Source of the DNA: Candidatus Woesearchaeota archaeon
GTDB lineage: Archaea; Nanobdellota; Nanobdellia; Woesearchaeales; JABGXB01
Length of the DNA stretch: 64,000 bases
Reading direction: 5' to 3'
NCBI GenBank assembly: GCA_018675975.1
Contig: JABGXB010000003.1
Location: 267,821-331,820, forward strand
This document shows, piece by piece, positions 39,133 through 49,346 of this stretch. Position 1 is the first letter of the stretch. Each line of letters opens with the position of its first letter. Position numbers and translations under genes: made by a program. The notes beneath the pieces were generated by a model, which saw only the letters and a program-made list of their open reading frames with translations, ran no database searches and was not told where the DNA came from.

Positions 39133-39915
39133 TTATTTGTTTTTGTAAATTAATTCTTTCATTACTTTTTGAAATTCAATAGCATTTGCTTTGATATTTT
39201 CATAATCATGCCCTGAAATATTATCAATTTCGCCTTTTTCTAATTTCTTTGTAATATCATATAAATGAGAAAAAAAATGTACATGTTTTCCATCAAGTTT
39301 ATTCAAATTTACAAATCTGACTTGTAATAAATCAGGAATTAATTGTGGAAGTCCTGGCATTTCACCAATTTTCATTAAAGCTGCCTGAGATGAATCATAA
39401 CAAGCCCAATATAAATCTACAACTGCATTTATAATTTTTATTGAACTATTATGCATTGCTGCACAACTTTTTTTATAAAATTCGTTTATCATTTCTTCAG
39501 TTCCTTTTATTTTACCATCTTCTAAAAGATATTGTAAAGTCTCAAACATACCTAAATCATAAACTGGATAACCTGTTCTTAATATATTTACTAAAATTGG
39601 ATGACCTTTTTTTGCATAATCCCAAAAATTTGATAATTTTAAGGTTTGTAAATGAATTTTAAAATTAAGTTTTCTCAATATATTTGCAACTACAACCCTA
39701 TATGTTTGTATAAATTCCGCAGTTAATGCATATTTAACATCATCAACAACAATTAAAATATCTATATCACTTTGAGAATCATGATTAATACTCCAATTAT
39801 TTTCAGATATTTTTTTAACATCATATTTTGAATAAGATCCAAAAACTACAATTGTTTTAATAAAATTCTCAAGTTCAGGCAATATTTCTTTAGAAAACGA
39901 AATAGCATAATCCAC
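39133..39915 (-). CDS. Pol-beta superfamily nucleotidyltransferase with C-terminal helical (HEPN-like) domain
   Basis: 260 aa; minimal NTase motif VVFGSYSKYDV...SDIDILIVVDD followed by an alpha-helical C-terminal half. Confidence 0.5.
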   Translation of the reverse strand: MDYAISFSKEILPELENFIKTIVVFGSYSKYDVKKISENNWSINHDSQSDIDILIVVDDVKYALTAEFIQTYRVVVANILRKLNFKIHLQTLKLSNFWDYAKKGHPILVNILRTGYPVYDLGMFETLQYLLEDGKIKGTEEMINEFYKKSCAAMHNSSIKIINAVVDLYWACYDSSQAALMKIGEMPGLPQLIPDLLQVRFVNLNKLDGKHVHFFSHLYDITKKLEKGEIDNISGHDYENIKANAIEFQKVMKELIYKNK

Positions 39916-40023
39916 TTGCTTATCCGCATAAAATTTTTTATTAGGATGAGAATTTATATCGTATTTGAACTTAATTGGTACACCTCTGATTAAAAAATAG
40001 AATTGTGATTTATAAAATTAAGC

Positions 40024-41961
40024 TTAATTGTTATATTTATTAAAAATAAAAATACCAGAACCTAAAATAAATATACTAAAAAAGATAAAAATATACCAAA
40101 TTATATTAACCATTTTACTATTTGTACTATTTTGAATTTCATTTACAATAATATTGCTATTTAATGAATCTTCATTTGAATTGATATTAATATTATTTAA
40201 TTCTAAATTTAAATTTAATAATTTTTTTTCCATTTCATTTCTTTTTGATTCCATTTCTAAATTAATTTTATCAATCTTATTTTTTAATTCATTATTCATA
40301 TTATTAACATCCTTTGAATTATCAACAATATTTGAATTATCATTTAAGCATTTAATTACATTAATTGAAATTGATTTTTTCAATAATTCATTATTATTTT
40401 TATTAAATGCTTGTAAAATAATATCACGTTCCCCTAATTTATTATTAATATTATAATTAAAACTAAAAGATTGATCATCTCCTTCATCTAAACTAAATTC
40501 TTTATTTAATTCAATATCATCATCAGTTAATTGTAAAGTTAAGTCTTCAATATCTCTACTACCAACATTTACTAAATCTCCATTTATTTTTATACCATTA
40601 AATGAACATAAATCTATTTCTTTTGTATAAAATAAATTATCAATAATTAATTCTTCTCTATCTTTTTTTATTTTTACTCTGATAGTAAAATTTGCTTCAT
40701 GAAAATAACTCTCATTATCCAATACACTAGCATATAAATTGAAATTTGATCTTTCTTCTTTATTATCAAATGGTATTATTGATTCATCAAAATCAATATC
40801 AATAGTTTCACAATCATTTTTTACAATATCTAATTCTTCTTCATCAATATCAATTCTAAACATTTCACCATATAATCTTATATTTTCTAAATCTGTATTT
40901 TTTACATTACAAATTTTAACTTCAGCTGATATTTGATCCCCTACTTTAAAATCATCATCATAGGCTCTACCTGAATTATCAAAACGTTCTTTTTTATCAT
41001 TTCTATGTAATTTTACAAATTCAAATTCAAGTGGATTTTTAGGATTTACATTAATTTTTCCATCAATTGTAATTACTTCATTTAAAACATTTGTTAATTC
41101 TAATTGAAAACTATTTTCACCATAATTTAATTGAGGATTAAAAATAATATCATTAACTTCCAGTCCATTAAATTTCCATTTATAATTTACAATAAAATTA
41201 CTATTTGTTAAATCTAAAAATTGTTCATATAAGTTAAATGAACTTAAATCCTCTTCATTTAAATTAATAGTAATATTATTATTTAATGATAAAAAATCAC
41301 TATGTGTTTTATTTGTTACAATAGTATATATTTTCCCATTAGGAATATTATTACTATCATTTTTTTGAAATAAAACATGCAAATAAAGATTCTTATTTTG
41401 ATAATTAATTAAATCACCATCATTTAAAATAATTGTAAGTTTTTTATCACCGCCTTGATAAAAAGGATAAACATTCCAATCATCTTTATTTAAACCAAAT
41501 TTTTCATAAGTAAAATCATCATTTGAATTTAAAATTAAAGCATTCCATAAAAAATTCATTCCACTATTAATATATCTACTAATCAATTCTGAATATATTA
41601 TTTCATTTGAATCATTAGGTCTATCAATTACATTTATAGTTTCTTGTTTAATTTTATATTGACCTAAACTATTTTTTAAAATAAATGTAATATTATGAAT
41701 TCCACTATTATGATATACATGATTTATATTATTTAAATTATAATGTTTTAATTCATTTGTACCAAAATCAACTATTGAATAATCTAAATTAAAACCGCTT
41801 TGAGTTAAAGTATTTAATGTAAAATTAAAAGGCTCATTTACATAAATAGTTGTAGGTAATTCCACAGTATAATCCATACCATTTTCAAATACACCATTTA
41901 CAGAAATTAAACTAATTGATATAAAAAATATTAAAACTAATAATTTATTTATTATTTTCAT
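40024..41961 (-). CDS. large secreted surface (glyco)protein, C-terminal coiled coil + TM anchor; paralog of the upstream gene
   Basis: 645 aa; signal peptide, many N-x-S/T sequons, region homologous to 41973..44039 (DNSGRAYDDDFKVGDQISAEVKICN... vs RNSGERYSKDIKPGQDFSVEIKVCN...), C-terminal TM IIWYIFIFFSIFILGSGIFIF. Confidence 0.6.
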   Translation of the reverse strand: MKIINKLLVLIFFISISLISVNGVFENGMDYTVELPTTIYVNEPFNFTLNTLTQSGFNLDYSIVDFGTNELKHYNLNNINHVYHNSGIHNITFILKNSLGQYKIKQETINVIDRPNDSNEIIYSELISRYINSGMNFLWNALILNSNDDFTYEKFGLNKDDWNVYPFYQGGDKKLTIILNDGDLINYQNKNLYLHVLFQKNDSNNIPNGKIYTIVTNKTHSDFLSLNNNITINLNEEDLSSFNLYEQFLDLTNSNFIVNYKWKFNGLEVNDIIFNPQLNYGENSFQLELTNVLNEVITIDGKINVNPKNPLEFEFVKLHRNDKKERFDNSGRAYDDDFKVGDQISAEVKICNVKNTDLENIRLYGEMFRIDIDEEELDIVKNDCETIDIDFDESIIPFDNKEERSNFNLYASVLDNESYFHEANFTIRVKIKKDREELIIDNLFYTKEIDLCSFNGIKINGDLVNVGSRDIEDLTLQLTDDDIELNKEFSLDEGDDQSFSFNYNINNKLGERDIILQAFNKNNNELLKKSISINVIKCLNDNSNIVDNSKDVNNMNNELKNKIDKINLEMESKRNEMEKKLLNLNLELNNININSNEDSLNSNIIVNEIQNSTNSKMVNIIWYIFIFFSIFILGSGIFIFNKYNN

Positions 41962-41972
41962 TGTACCTCAAT

Positions 41973-44039
41973 TTAAATATAAACTAATAAAATAAGTCCA
42001 AATATTAACATCAATACAACACCAATTGCTATAATTAATAATATTGTTTGTTTTTTTTGTTCTGATTTATTTAAATTATCTTGTAAATCATTATCTAAAT
42101 TTATGTTTTGATTTTCTAATAATAATTTTTTATATTCACTAATAAAATCATCATTATTATTTTCAACACCATTTAATTCATTTAATAATTTTAAATTCTT
42201 TTCATATAAATCTTGATCAGTTTGAATATTATTTGAACAATCATTTAATGAAATATCTAATTCTTTATAGTCAACTATATAATTATCCCTATATACTTCT
42301 GCAAAAAATTTATACTGTCCAATGGATGCAGAATTTGGAAAATTAAAATTTGTGAAAGCACTAAATTCATTATCATTTTTATAATCAATATCGAAATCTT
42401 TTATTGATTCAAAATTGAATTGCTCTGAATAAAATCTAACATGCCCATTTTCATCATTATCACCAATATTAAATATTAATGCAGATAATGAAATTGCTTT
42501 ATTATCAAAACAATTTTGTACTACAGTTGGAGTTACTAAAAATTTTTTGAATAATAAATCATGATTTTTTCTATCTACTTTTAATTTAACTGTAAAATTA
42601 TCTTCTTGAAAATAATCTAAATCATCTCTACCTTCAATATTAATAAACATATTAAATGTTTTATCTTCAGCATCATAAGGAATGTGATCTTTATCAAATT
42701 TAACTGAACGTACTTCACACTCATCTTCTGATAATGTAAAATCTGATTTCTCATCATCATCTAAATCACTACCATCATCAATATCTTTTATTATAGCACT
42801 AATTGCAATATCTTCAATATTAATATCTGAATTACTATCATAATCATTACATACTTTAATTTCTACACTAAAATCTTGACCTGGCTTAATATCTTTTGAA
42901 TATCTTTCTCCACTATTTCTAATTCTATCTGATTTGTCATTAACAATTACTTTTACTCTATCAATTCTTAACATTTTTCTTTGAATCGGTTTAATATCTG
43001 CTTCAATCACTTTACCATTAAAAGATAATTTAATTTCACCCAATAAATCAATATCTATTGGACGACTTGAACTTGCATGAATATTAAATGTTTTATTTTC
43101 TAATTCATTTAATGCAAAATTAGTTTCAAAATTACTATATTCAATAAATGAATCAAAAGAACTAATATCTAAACCAATATTTTCTAAATTTGATTCACCA
43201 GTATTTTTAACAGTGAAATTAAAATCAAATTCAGATTCTAATCCACTAATATTAATTTGAATTTCATTAGGTATAATTGTTAATTCCTGTATTTTTTCTC
43301 TTACTTCAATATTTGAAATTTGATAATTTTTATTAAAATTAAATTCTGACTGATCTACATTTAAATCGTATTTATACAAACCGCTAACTAAATCATTACT
43401 AATAAAAACTTCAAAACTTAAATTTTTCACTTCAGATTTATTTAATAAAATTATTTTCTTTTCAACATCTAAAGGAAAAAAACTTGATGTTTTTAATAAA
43501 TTATTAAAATTAATTTCAACTTGAGTATCATAATTTGATTGACTAATAAATTCAAATTCAATAGTATTTGTTTTACCCTTTACTATTTTTTTTGTTATTG
43601 CCTTTACATCAAATTGTGTATTTCTAGAAATATCTAAACTAATTGGCAATAATGTTTGTTCAGATTTACTATCTGTTGCAATTATTGTCCCATTATATTT
43701 ACCATAAGTAGGATTATTTGATAAATCAATAAAAAAATCAACTGATTTTTGTCCATTAGCATCAAAATTTCCTAATTGTGCATTTACACCATTTAATTCA
43801 ATAGCTAAAAATTCACCATTAGCATTTGATAAAACAAGTCCACTAAGTGCAATATTTACATTTGTTGAATCTAAATTTGTAATTTTAAACTGACTATTAA
43901 CTTTAGATGTTCTAAGTCCATTACTTAAATCACTTAATTCTATACTTTCTTTGTCAAAATTAGGTACTGCATTACTAAATGCTGAAACTAATGTTGCAAA
44001 TATAATCAAAAATGCAAATAAATGCGTTAATTTTTTCAT
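41973..44039 (-). CDS. large secreted surface (glyco)protein, C-terminal TM anchor; paralog of the downstream gene
   Basis: 688 aa; signal peptide MKKLTHLFAFLIIFATLVSAFS, sequon-rich, homologous C-terminal domain, C-terminal TM ILLIIAIGVVLMLIFGLILLVYI. Confidence 0.6.
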   Translation of the reverse strand: MKKLTHLFAFLIIFATLVSAFSNAVPNFDKESIELSDLSNGLRTSKVNSQFKITNLDSTNVNIALSGLVLSNANGEFLAIELNGVNAQLGNFDANGQKSVDFFIDLSNNPTYGKYNGTIIATDSKSEQTLLPISLDISRNTQFDVKAITKKIVKGKTNTIEFEFISQSNYDTQVEINFNNLLKTSSFFPLDVEKKIILLNKSEVKNLSFEVFISNDLVSGLYKYDLNVDQSEFNFNKNYQISNIEVREKIQELTIIPNEIQINISGLESEFDFNFTVKNTGESNLENIGLDISSFDSFIEYSNFETNFALNELENKTFNIHASSSRPIDIDLLGEIKLSFNGKVIEADIKPIQRKMLRIDRVKVIVNDKSDRIRNSGERYSKDIKPGQDFSVEIKVCNDYDSNSDINIEDIAISAIIKDIDDGSDLDDDEKSDFTLSEDECEVRSVKFDKDHIPYDAEDKTFNMFINIEGRDDLDYFQEDNFTVKLKVDRKNHDLLFKKFLVTPTVVQNCFDNKAISLSALIFNIGDNDENGHVRFYSEQFNFESIKDFDIDYKNDNEFSAFTNFNFPNSASIGQYKFFAEVYRDNYIVDYKELDISLNDCSNNIQTDQDLYEKNLKLLNELNGVENNNDDFISEYKKLLLENQNINLDNDLQDNLNKSEQKKQTILLIIAIGVVLMLIFGLILLVYI

Positions 44040-44191
44040 TCATATCCTCTTATATACATATTTTAAATAATATTACCACAAAGCGGTGACATTTTATAAA
44101 TGTTATCAATTTTAACAAACATTGTTTATAAATGTCAAAAAAGATAAAAAAAGACTAAATTGTTTATAAATAAAATTAAAATAAATTATAT

Positions 44192-44701
44192 TTATTGGGG
44201 CAATTGGTTTAGTTTTTCCATAATAGATGAAAGTTCAGGCTTTTTTTCATAAAATGTATAATTTGCCATTTTCATAAAACTTCTAAAAACATCTAAATTT
44301 TCTATATTTGGACTTCCTAAACTAAAATTATAAATATAATCACTATCCAGTTTTGCGGGTGTTATTACACTTTTGTCATCAATAGAAACTAAATCCAAAT
44401 CATAAGCTCTTGCAACCCCCTGCATATCTCCAATATATTGTTTTAAATCCTCAAAAAAACTATTAACAGAAACTACATTATCAAAAGAATCTAATCTAAC
44501 TTTCGCTGATAAATTCAATCGTAAATTCAATTGATTTCCAAAAAATAATTTATATGCTAATCCACCATTAAACCCAACAAATATCCTTTCAGAAAAATCT
44601 TTGCACTCTTCTTCATCTGCAAATGACGTTTGGTTTAATGCTTGTACAAAATAACCATTTAATATTTCACGTTTATTAAAATCTAATTTTAATTTTTTCA
44701 T
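44192..44701 (-). CDS. hypothetical protein (first gene of the surface-protein operon)
   Basis: 169 aa ORF; no motif. Confidence 0.4.
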   Translation of the reverse strand: MKKLKLDFNKREILNGYFVQALNQTSFADEEECKDFSERIFVGFNGGLAYKLFFGNQLNLRLNLSAKVRLDSFDNVVSVNSFFEDLKQYIGDMQGVARAYDLDLVSIDDKSVITPAKLDSDYIYNFSLGSPNIENLDVFRSFMKMANYTFYEKKPELSSIMEKLNQLPQ

Positions 44702-44763
44702 TTTAAAAAAAGATTCAATAATTAACTTAAAAATATTGTTCTATATTTGATATACATATTTAA

Positions 44764-45111
44764 TTACATCAAACTAAGTCCTTTTATTACCCTATCAATA
44801 TTTTCTTCAGTATCTGGGCCAAGCCCCATACAAGTCACCGTTCCAGGTTCAACTACAGTTCTTCCTGCATCTGTTATAATTGCAGTTTTAATACCATATT
44901 CATCTGCTGTTGCTTTTAATCGATACAAATCTTTTTCATCATTTACTTTTACAACTACTTTTTTCATACCACTTTGTCTCCATGGTTTTACAATTTTATC
45001 ATTAGATCTCAAAACTGCTTCAACTGCACCATGAGCTACTTGGGCTGCTAATTTACCTTTAGGTAATTTCAAACTTGATATCACTATAATTGCTTGTTTA
45101 TATTCAGTCAT
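44764..45111 (-). CDS. pth2: peptidyl-tRNA hydrolase, archaeal/eukaryotic type (Pth2)
   Basis: 115 aa; KLAAQVAHGAVEA ... MKKVVVKV ... ITDAGRTVVEPGTVTCMGLGP are Pth2 hallmarks. Confidence 0.85.
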   Translation of the reverse strand: MTEYKQAIIVISSLKLPKGKLAAQVAHGAVEAVLRSNDKIVKPWRQSGMKKVVVKVNDEKDLYRLKATADEYGIKTAIITDAGRTVVEPGTVTCMGLGPDTEENIDRVIKGLSLM

Positions 45112-45154
45112 AATAGAAATAATAATTATCTTAATATAAATTTAACCAATTATT

Positions 45155-46825
45155 TTAATGAATTTTAACTACTTCACCAGTTAAAGATCTTAATTGATGT
45201 TTTGTAATTTTCACATCCACTTTTTTATTTAATGGAATTCTTCCTTTAATTCCAACAATTAATGGATACGTACCTAAATGTCTTGCAAAAGTTATATTTC
45301 CATCATAAATTTCAGTAATTAAATTTTTTAAAATTAAACCCTCTGGAGCAATTCGTTTTAACATAGGATTATCAATATTTTGACGAATATCATTTCTCCA
45401 TTTCCAATAATATTTTTGATTACGCTTTGTTTTTGACATTTCTTTTTTCATTTCACTTAATTTTGTCCCACCATAATCTACTACGCGTCTAATATTAATT
45501 CTTCTCAACATTAAACCATCATCATATATTTTTTTTAAACATTTCATATTAATTTCATGTGTTTTTTTAGTTTCACCAGGAAGACCAAATAAAAGATTAA
45601 GTCCAGGCAATAATTTTGGCATACCATTTGGACCTCTTTCAGACCCATATTCATTCACAATTTCAATAGCTTTCATTGTAATTTTTTGTTCACTATTTAA
45701 ATTATTTATTTCAATTATTTTTGGATCAAATGTTTCTGCACCAAATGCTGTTATATTACCCTCTGTAAAATATTTAACTGCAAGTTTTGTAATATCACGA
45801 CCCCATTTATGTTTTACAATAGTCCTTGGACTTACATTATCAATATGAAAATTTTCAATATCAGGACATGCACTCCAAATATCTTTTAATAATGATTCAA
45901 TTTCATCTTTATTTCCACCTTGATACATAAAAAAATCACTTTGTTTTCCTAAACGAAAACTTCTAATACCTAATTTATAAAATTCAACAACTTCATCATA
46001 AATATCTTTTTTTACCCTATGTTCAGTTCTATTTTTTAATGGTTCAGTACAAAAACTACATTTACCTGTTGAACAACCTTTTCCAGTTTCAATTTCAACT
46101 ATAACACGTTTAGGAAAAAGAGGATGTTGTTCTACTATTTTCGAACCTAATAAGCTAACTTCTCTATAATCATCAAAATTATATCTTTGTAAAAATTGAT
46201 CTCCATTATTTATATCTCCATTCGATTCAATTTTTTTAATTAATTCAATTAAATATGGTTCTTTATTTACATGTAAAACAAAATCAAATGAATCAATAAA
46301 ATCATATATTTTTTTATCAATTTTTTTTCCACCCTCGAGTTGAGTACCATGTTCACTTGCAGCAGGACCTGCAAAAATTTTAAAACAATTAAAATAAGAA
46401 GCTAATCTTTCAACTTCATGAATATTTCCAGGTATTGCACTTAAATATTTTCCAGGTACATGAATTCCACAAATAATAATTAATACCTTAGTATTTTTTA
46501 TTATTTTTTCAATTTCATCCAAACTTCTTGTTCTATTATAAATTGAAATATCAGTTTTATGATTTTTTTTTTCCTCACTAATTTCTTTTTTTAATTCAAT
46601 AGTTTTTTTATAATATCTTAAATCATCAACAGTTAAATAATTAGGATTAATTTTATTTTTTATAATTGCACCAGCAATATATCTAGGATAAGTGCCTAAA
46701 AAAGGAGGAACTCCTAAACCCGCCGGTTCATCGGTGTAAAAATCTAATATCGTATACATAAAAGAGTGAAAAATTAAAAGTTTATAAAAATACTCAATAC
46801 CATTTTTTAATATCTTTACATGCAA
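45155..46825 (-). CDS. radical SAM-like protein with N-terminal B12-binding-like domain; atypical CX4CX2C cluster motif
   Basis: 556 aa; IETGKGCSTGKCSFCTEP (Cys spacing 4/2 instead of the canonical 3/2); glycine-rich SAM-binding-like GGN and GETKKT motifs. Confidence 0.45.
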   Translation of the reverse strand: MHVKILKNGIEYFYKLLIFHSFMYTILDFYTDEPAGLGVPPFLGTYPRYIAGAIIKNKINPNYLTVDDLRYYKKTIELKKEISEEKKNHKTDISIYNRTRSLDEIEKIIKNTKVLIIICGIHVPGKYLSAIPGNIHEVERLASYFNCFKIFAGPAASEHGTQLEGGKKIDKKIYDFIDSFDFVLHVNKEPYLIELIKKIESNGDINNGDQFLQRYNFDDYREVSLLGSKIVEQHPLFPKRVIVEIETGKGCSTGKCSFCTEPLKNRTEHRVKKDIYDEVVEFYKLGIRSFRLGKQSDFFMYQGGNKDEIESLLKDIWSACPDIENFHIDNVSPRTIVKHKWGRDITKLAVKYFTEGNITAFGAETFDPKIIEINNLNSEQKITMKAIEIVNEYGSERGPNGMPKLLPGLNLLFGLPGETKKTHEINMKCLKKIYDDGLMLRRINIRRVVDYGGTKLSEMKKEMSKTKRNQKYYWKWRNDIRQNIDNPMLKRIAPEGLILKNLITEIYDGNITFARHLGTYPLIVGIKGRIPLNKKVDVKITKHQLRSLTGEVVKIH

Positions 46826-47051
46826 AAGTCCTATCTGCTTGCTTATTTAAATCATATGCCAGAATACACCATTGTTCTTCTTTATGCCATTCATTAGATA
46901 TAAAAACTATTTTTTTTGGTATTATATTTCTAATCGAAGTTTCACCTCTATAATTAGTATATAATAATTTAACTTTTTTATTTAAATCTATATCTTCCAT
47001 CATAAAAAATAATCCTTTATAATTTATAAAGTTAAAATACTCAAAAAACAT
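46794..47051 (-). CDS. hypothetical small protein
   Basis: 85 aa; overlaps the downstream radical SAM gene start by 32 nt. Confidence 0.4.
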   Translation of the reverse strand: MFFEYFNFINYKGLFFMMEDIDLNKKVKLLYTNYRGETSIRNIIPKKIVFISNEWHKEEQWCILAYDLNKQADRTFACKDIKKWY

Positions 47052-47651
47052 ATGACATATATTGATAATATGATAAGAATTACAAATGAAATCACATTAG
47101 AATTTGAAAAAAATATAATCAAAAAAAAAATCAATTATAATAATATTAATACTGAAAAATTATTAATTTTGTCAAATGAAATGATTCATGATTCAAGTAT
47201 ATATCAAAAAAATATAATTTTAAAATTTTCTACACTAATATATTGTATTGCAAAAATGATTAAAGAACAAAAAAATAAAAAATCAAATAATTTAGAAACC
47301 ATATTTTGTAAATATTATAATAATTTAAAATTAATGTACACTTATTTAAAAAAAAATAATATCAATAAATTTGAAAATAAAATAGTTGAAATTTTTAATT
47401 TAATTTTAAAAAATAATAATAAATTTAATATTTATATTCAAGACATAATTAATTCAACGACAATAAAAAAAGGCTCTAAATTAGTTGATCATGGAATAAG
47501 TATTGAAACAGTTAGTAAAATGACTGGTTTAAATCAATGGGAATTATATAATTATTTAGGTAAAACTAATTTTGAAATAGTATTAGATGAAAAAATACAA
47601 AAAACTCAAAAAAGGCTAGATCATGCTAAAAAAATATTTAATATAAAATGA
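47052..47651 (+). CDS. hypothetical protein with C-terminal HTH
   Basis: 199 aa; C-terminal GISIETVSKMTGLNQWELYNYLGKT helix-turn-helix; stop overlaps the next start by 4 nt. Confidence 0.4.
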   Translation: MTYIDNMIRITNEITLEFEKNIIKKKINYNNINTEKLLILSNEMIHDSSIYQKNIILKFSTLIYCIAKMIKEQKNKKSNNLETIFCKYYNNLKLMYTYLKKNNINKFENKIVEIFNLILKNNNKFNIYIQDIINSTTIKKGSKLVDHGISIETVSKMTGLNQWELYNYLGKTNFEIVLDEKIQKTQKRLDHAKKIFNIK

Positions 47652-48346
47652 AACAATTAATATTTGATGCAGGTATAATTATTAATTTATCATTAAATAA
47701 TTTACTTTGGATTTTACCAAAATTAAAAAAACAATTTAATGGAGAATTTATTATACCAAATGCAGTTGAATATGAAATAATAACAAAACCATTACAAATA
47801 AAAAGATTTAAATTAGAGGCAATACAAGTTTTTAATCAAGTACAAAATAAAACTTTAACTATTTCAAATGATAAAAATATAAAACAAATTTATGATCAAA
47901 TAGATCAATTAGCAAATACATCTTTTTCTTGTAATGGACAAATAATTAAAATTATACATAGTGGTGAAATTAGTGTTATTGCCCATGCAATTAATCAAAA
48001 TGCTACTGCAGCAATTGATGAAAGAGCTATGAGAGAATTATTAGAAAATCCAAATGGTTTCTTAAAACATCTTAAAAAAAAATTAAAAAGAAATATACAA
48101 ATGGATAAAGAAAAAATTAAAAAATTAAAATCTTTAACTAAAAATATACAAATAATAAGAAGCAGTGAAATTGTTACAATTGCATATGATTTAGGATTAT
48201 TTAATTTTTATATTGAAAAAGGAATTGAAAAAATATTAAAACAACCAAAAAAACAATTATTAGACTCTTTATTATGGGGAACTAAATTAAGAGGATGTAG
48301 TATAACTGATAAAGAAATAGAATATATTGAAAAAAAAGAAGTATAA
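47648..48346 (+). CDS. PIN-domain-like protein (putative nuclease)
   Basis: 232 aa; N-terminal LIFDAGIIINL (first acidic residue), IIPNAVEYEI and SGEISVIAHAINQNATAAIDERAM resemble the PIN catalytic motifs. Confidence 0.3.
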   Translation: MKQLIFDAGIIINLSLNNLLWILPKLKKQFNGEFIIPNAVEYEIITKPLQIKRFKLEAIQVFNQVQNKTLTISNDKNIKQIYDQIDQLANTSFSCNGQIIKIIHSGEISVIAHAINQNATAAIDERAMRELLENPNGFLKHLKKKLKRNIQMDKEKIKKLKSLTKNIQIIRSSEIVTIAYDLGLFNFYIEKGIEKILKQPKKQLLDSLLWGTKLRGCSITDKEIEYIEKKEV

Positions 48347-48347
48347 A

Positions 48348-49298
48348 TTAAATATCAGGTCTATCGAATTTCTTAGTTTTTGGTTTTTTTTCATTAAATT
48401 GAAATCTCTCAATTATATTTTCACCATCATTAGTATTCTTCATAACACCCCAGCCCGGAAATTTATTATCTTGATTGGCAGTATACATTTCTTTAATTTT
48501 AGGAATACCAAAACTCGGTGAATCCCCTTCAGCATTATCATATATATTTTTTAATTTATTTGCACTATACATAAAACTATTTTCTTGGCTTGAATTGTAA
48601 AAACCTTTTTTTAAATCTATTGAACCCGAAGATTCATATTCAGATTTTGAAACAAAATTATTAACTAAATTTTTATCTATTCCAGAATCAGTTAATTTTT
48701 TTATAATATCACTACGTAAATGTATATCCTCACCCACTTCATTAACTTGAACAACTTCATCAATATTAGGTTTAAAACCATCCATATCAATTTTAATTAG
48801 TTTAATAGGAGCATCTACTTCAATATTTTTTTGTTTAATTTCCTCATGTTCTATACTTTCTTCTTTTAAAATTTCAATACTATCTATATTTTTATTTTTT
48901 TCAAAATTTTTATTTTTATTTTCAACTATTTCATTATCCTTATATTTTTTTTTGAAAATAAACCTTTTTGCCTTTTCAATTAAATTAAATTTTTTATTAT
49001 AATCAATATAATTAGATTTATGTTCATTTTCACTTTGAGTTTTAAAATCAAACTCATAGTTAGGTTGATTTTGATTATTTGAATTAGAATTACTTGAAAA
49101 TATATTTAATAAATCCATTAAATTACCTATTTTTAATAATTTTTTAGGTTTATTTTCTTTAATATTGGAATTTTCATTTACTAAATCATCATTAAATTCA
49201 TTTTTACTATTTTTAATTAATTTTTTACTTTCTTTTACATTTTTTGTATTATTTTTTAATACTTTTTTTGATTTTTTTTTAATTAACATTTTTTCCAA
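48348..49298 (-). CDS. hypothetical low-complexity K/N-rich protein
   Basis: 316 aa ORF, strongly biased composition. Confidence 0.35.
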   Translation of the reverse strand: MEKMLIKKKSKKVLKNNTKNVKESKKLIKNSKNEFNDDLVNENSNIKENKPKKLLKIGNLMDLLNIFSSNSNSNNQNQPNYEFDFKTQSENEHKSNYIDYNKKFNLIEKAKRFIFKKKYKDNEIVENKNKNFEKNKNIDSIEILKEESIEHEEIKQKNIEVDAPIKLIKIDMDGFKPNIDEVVQVNEVGEDIHLRSDIIKKLTDSGIDKNLVNNFVSKSEYESSGSIDLKKGFYNSSQENSFMYSANKLKNIYDNAEGDSPSFGIPKIKEMYTANQDNKFPGWGVMKNTNDGENIIERFQFNEKKPKTKKFDRPDI

Positions 49299-49346
49299 AA
49301 TATAATAAAACCATTATTATTTAAATAATTAAGCATACGTTTATAA

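Noticed and set aside
38176-40936. ORFs 38176..38418, 39441..39662, 40154..40456, 40739..40936, 44747..45034, 48327..48521
   Set aside because: They overlap better-supported genes on the opposite strand and have poly-I/F/L composition. They are judged non-coding.
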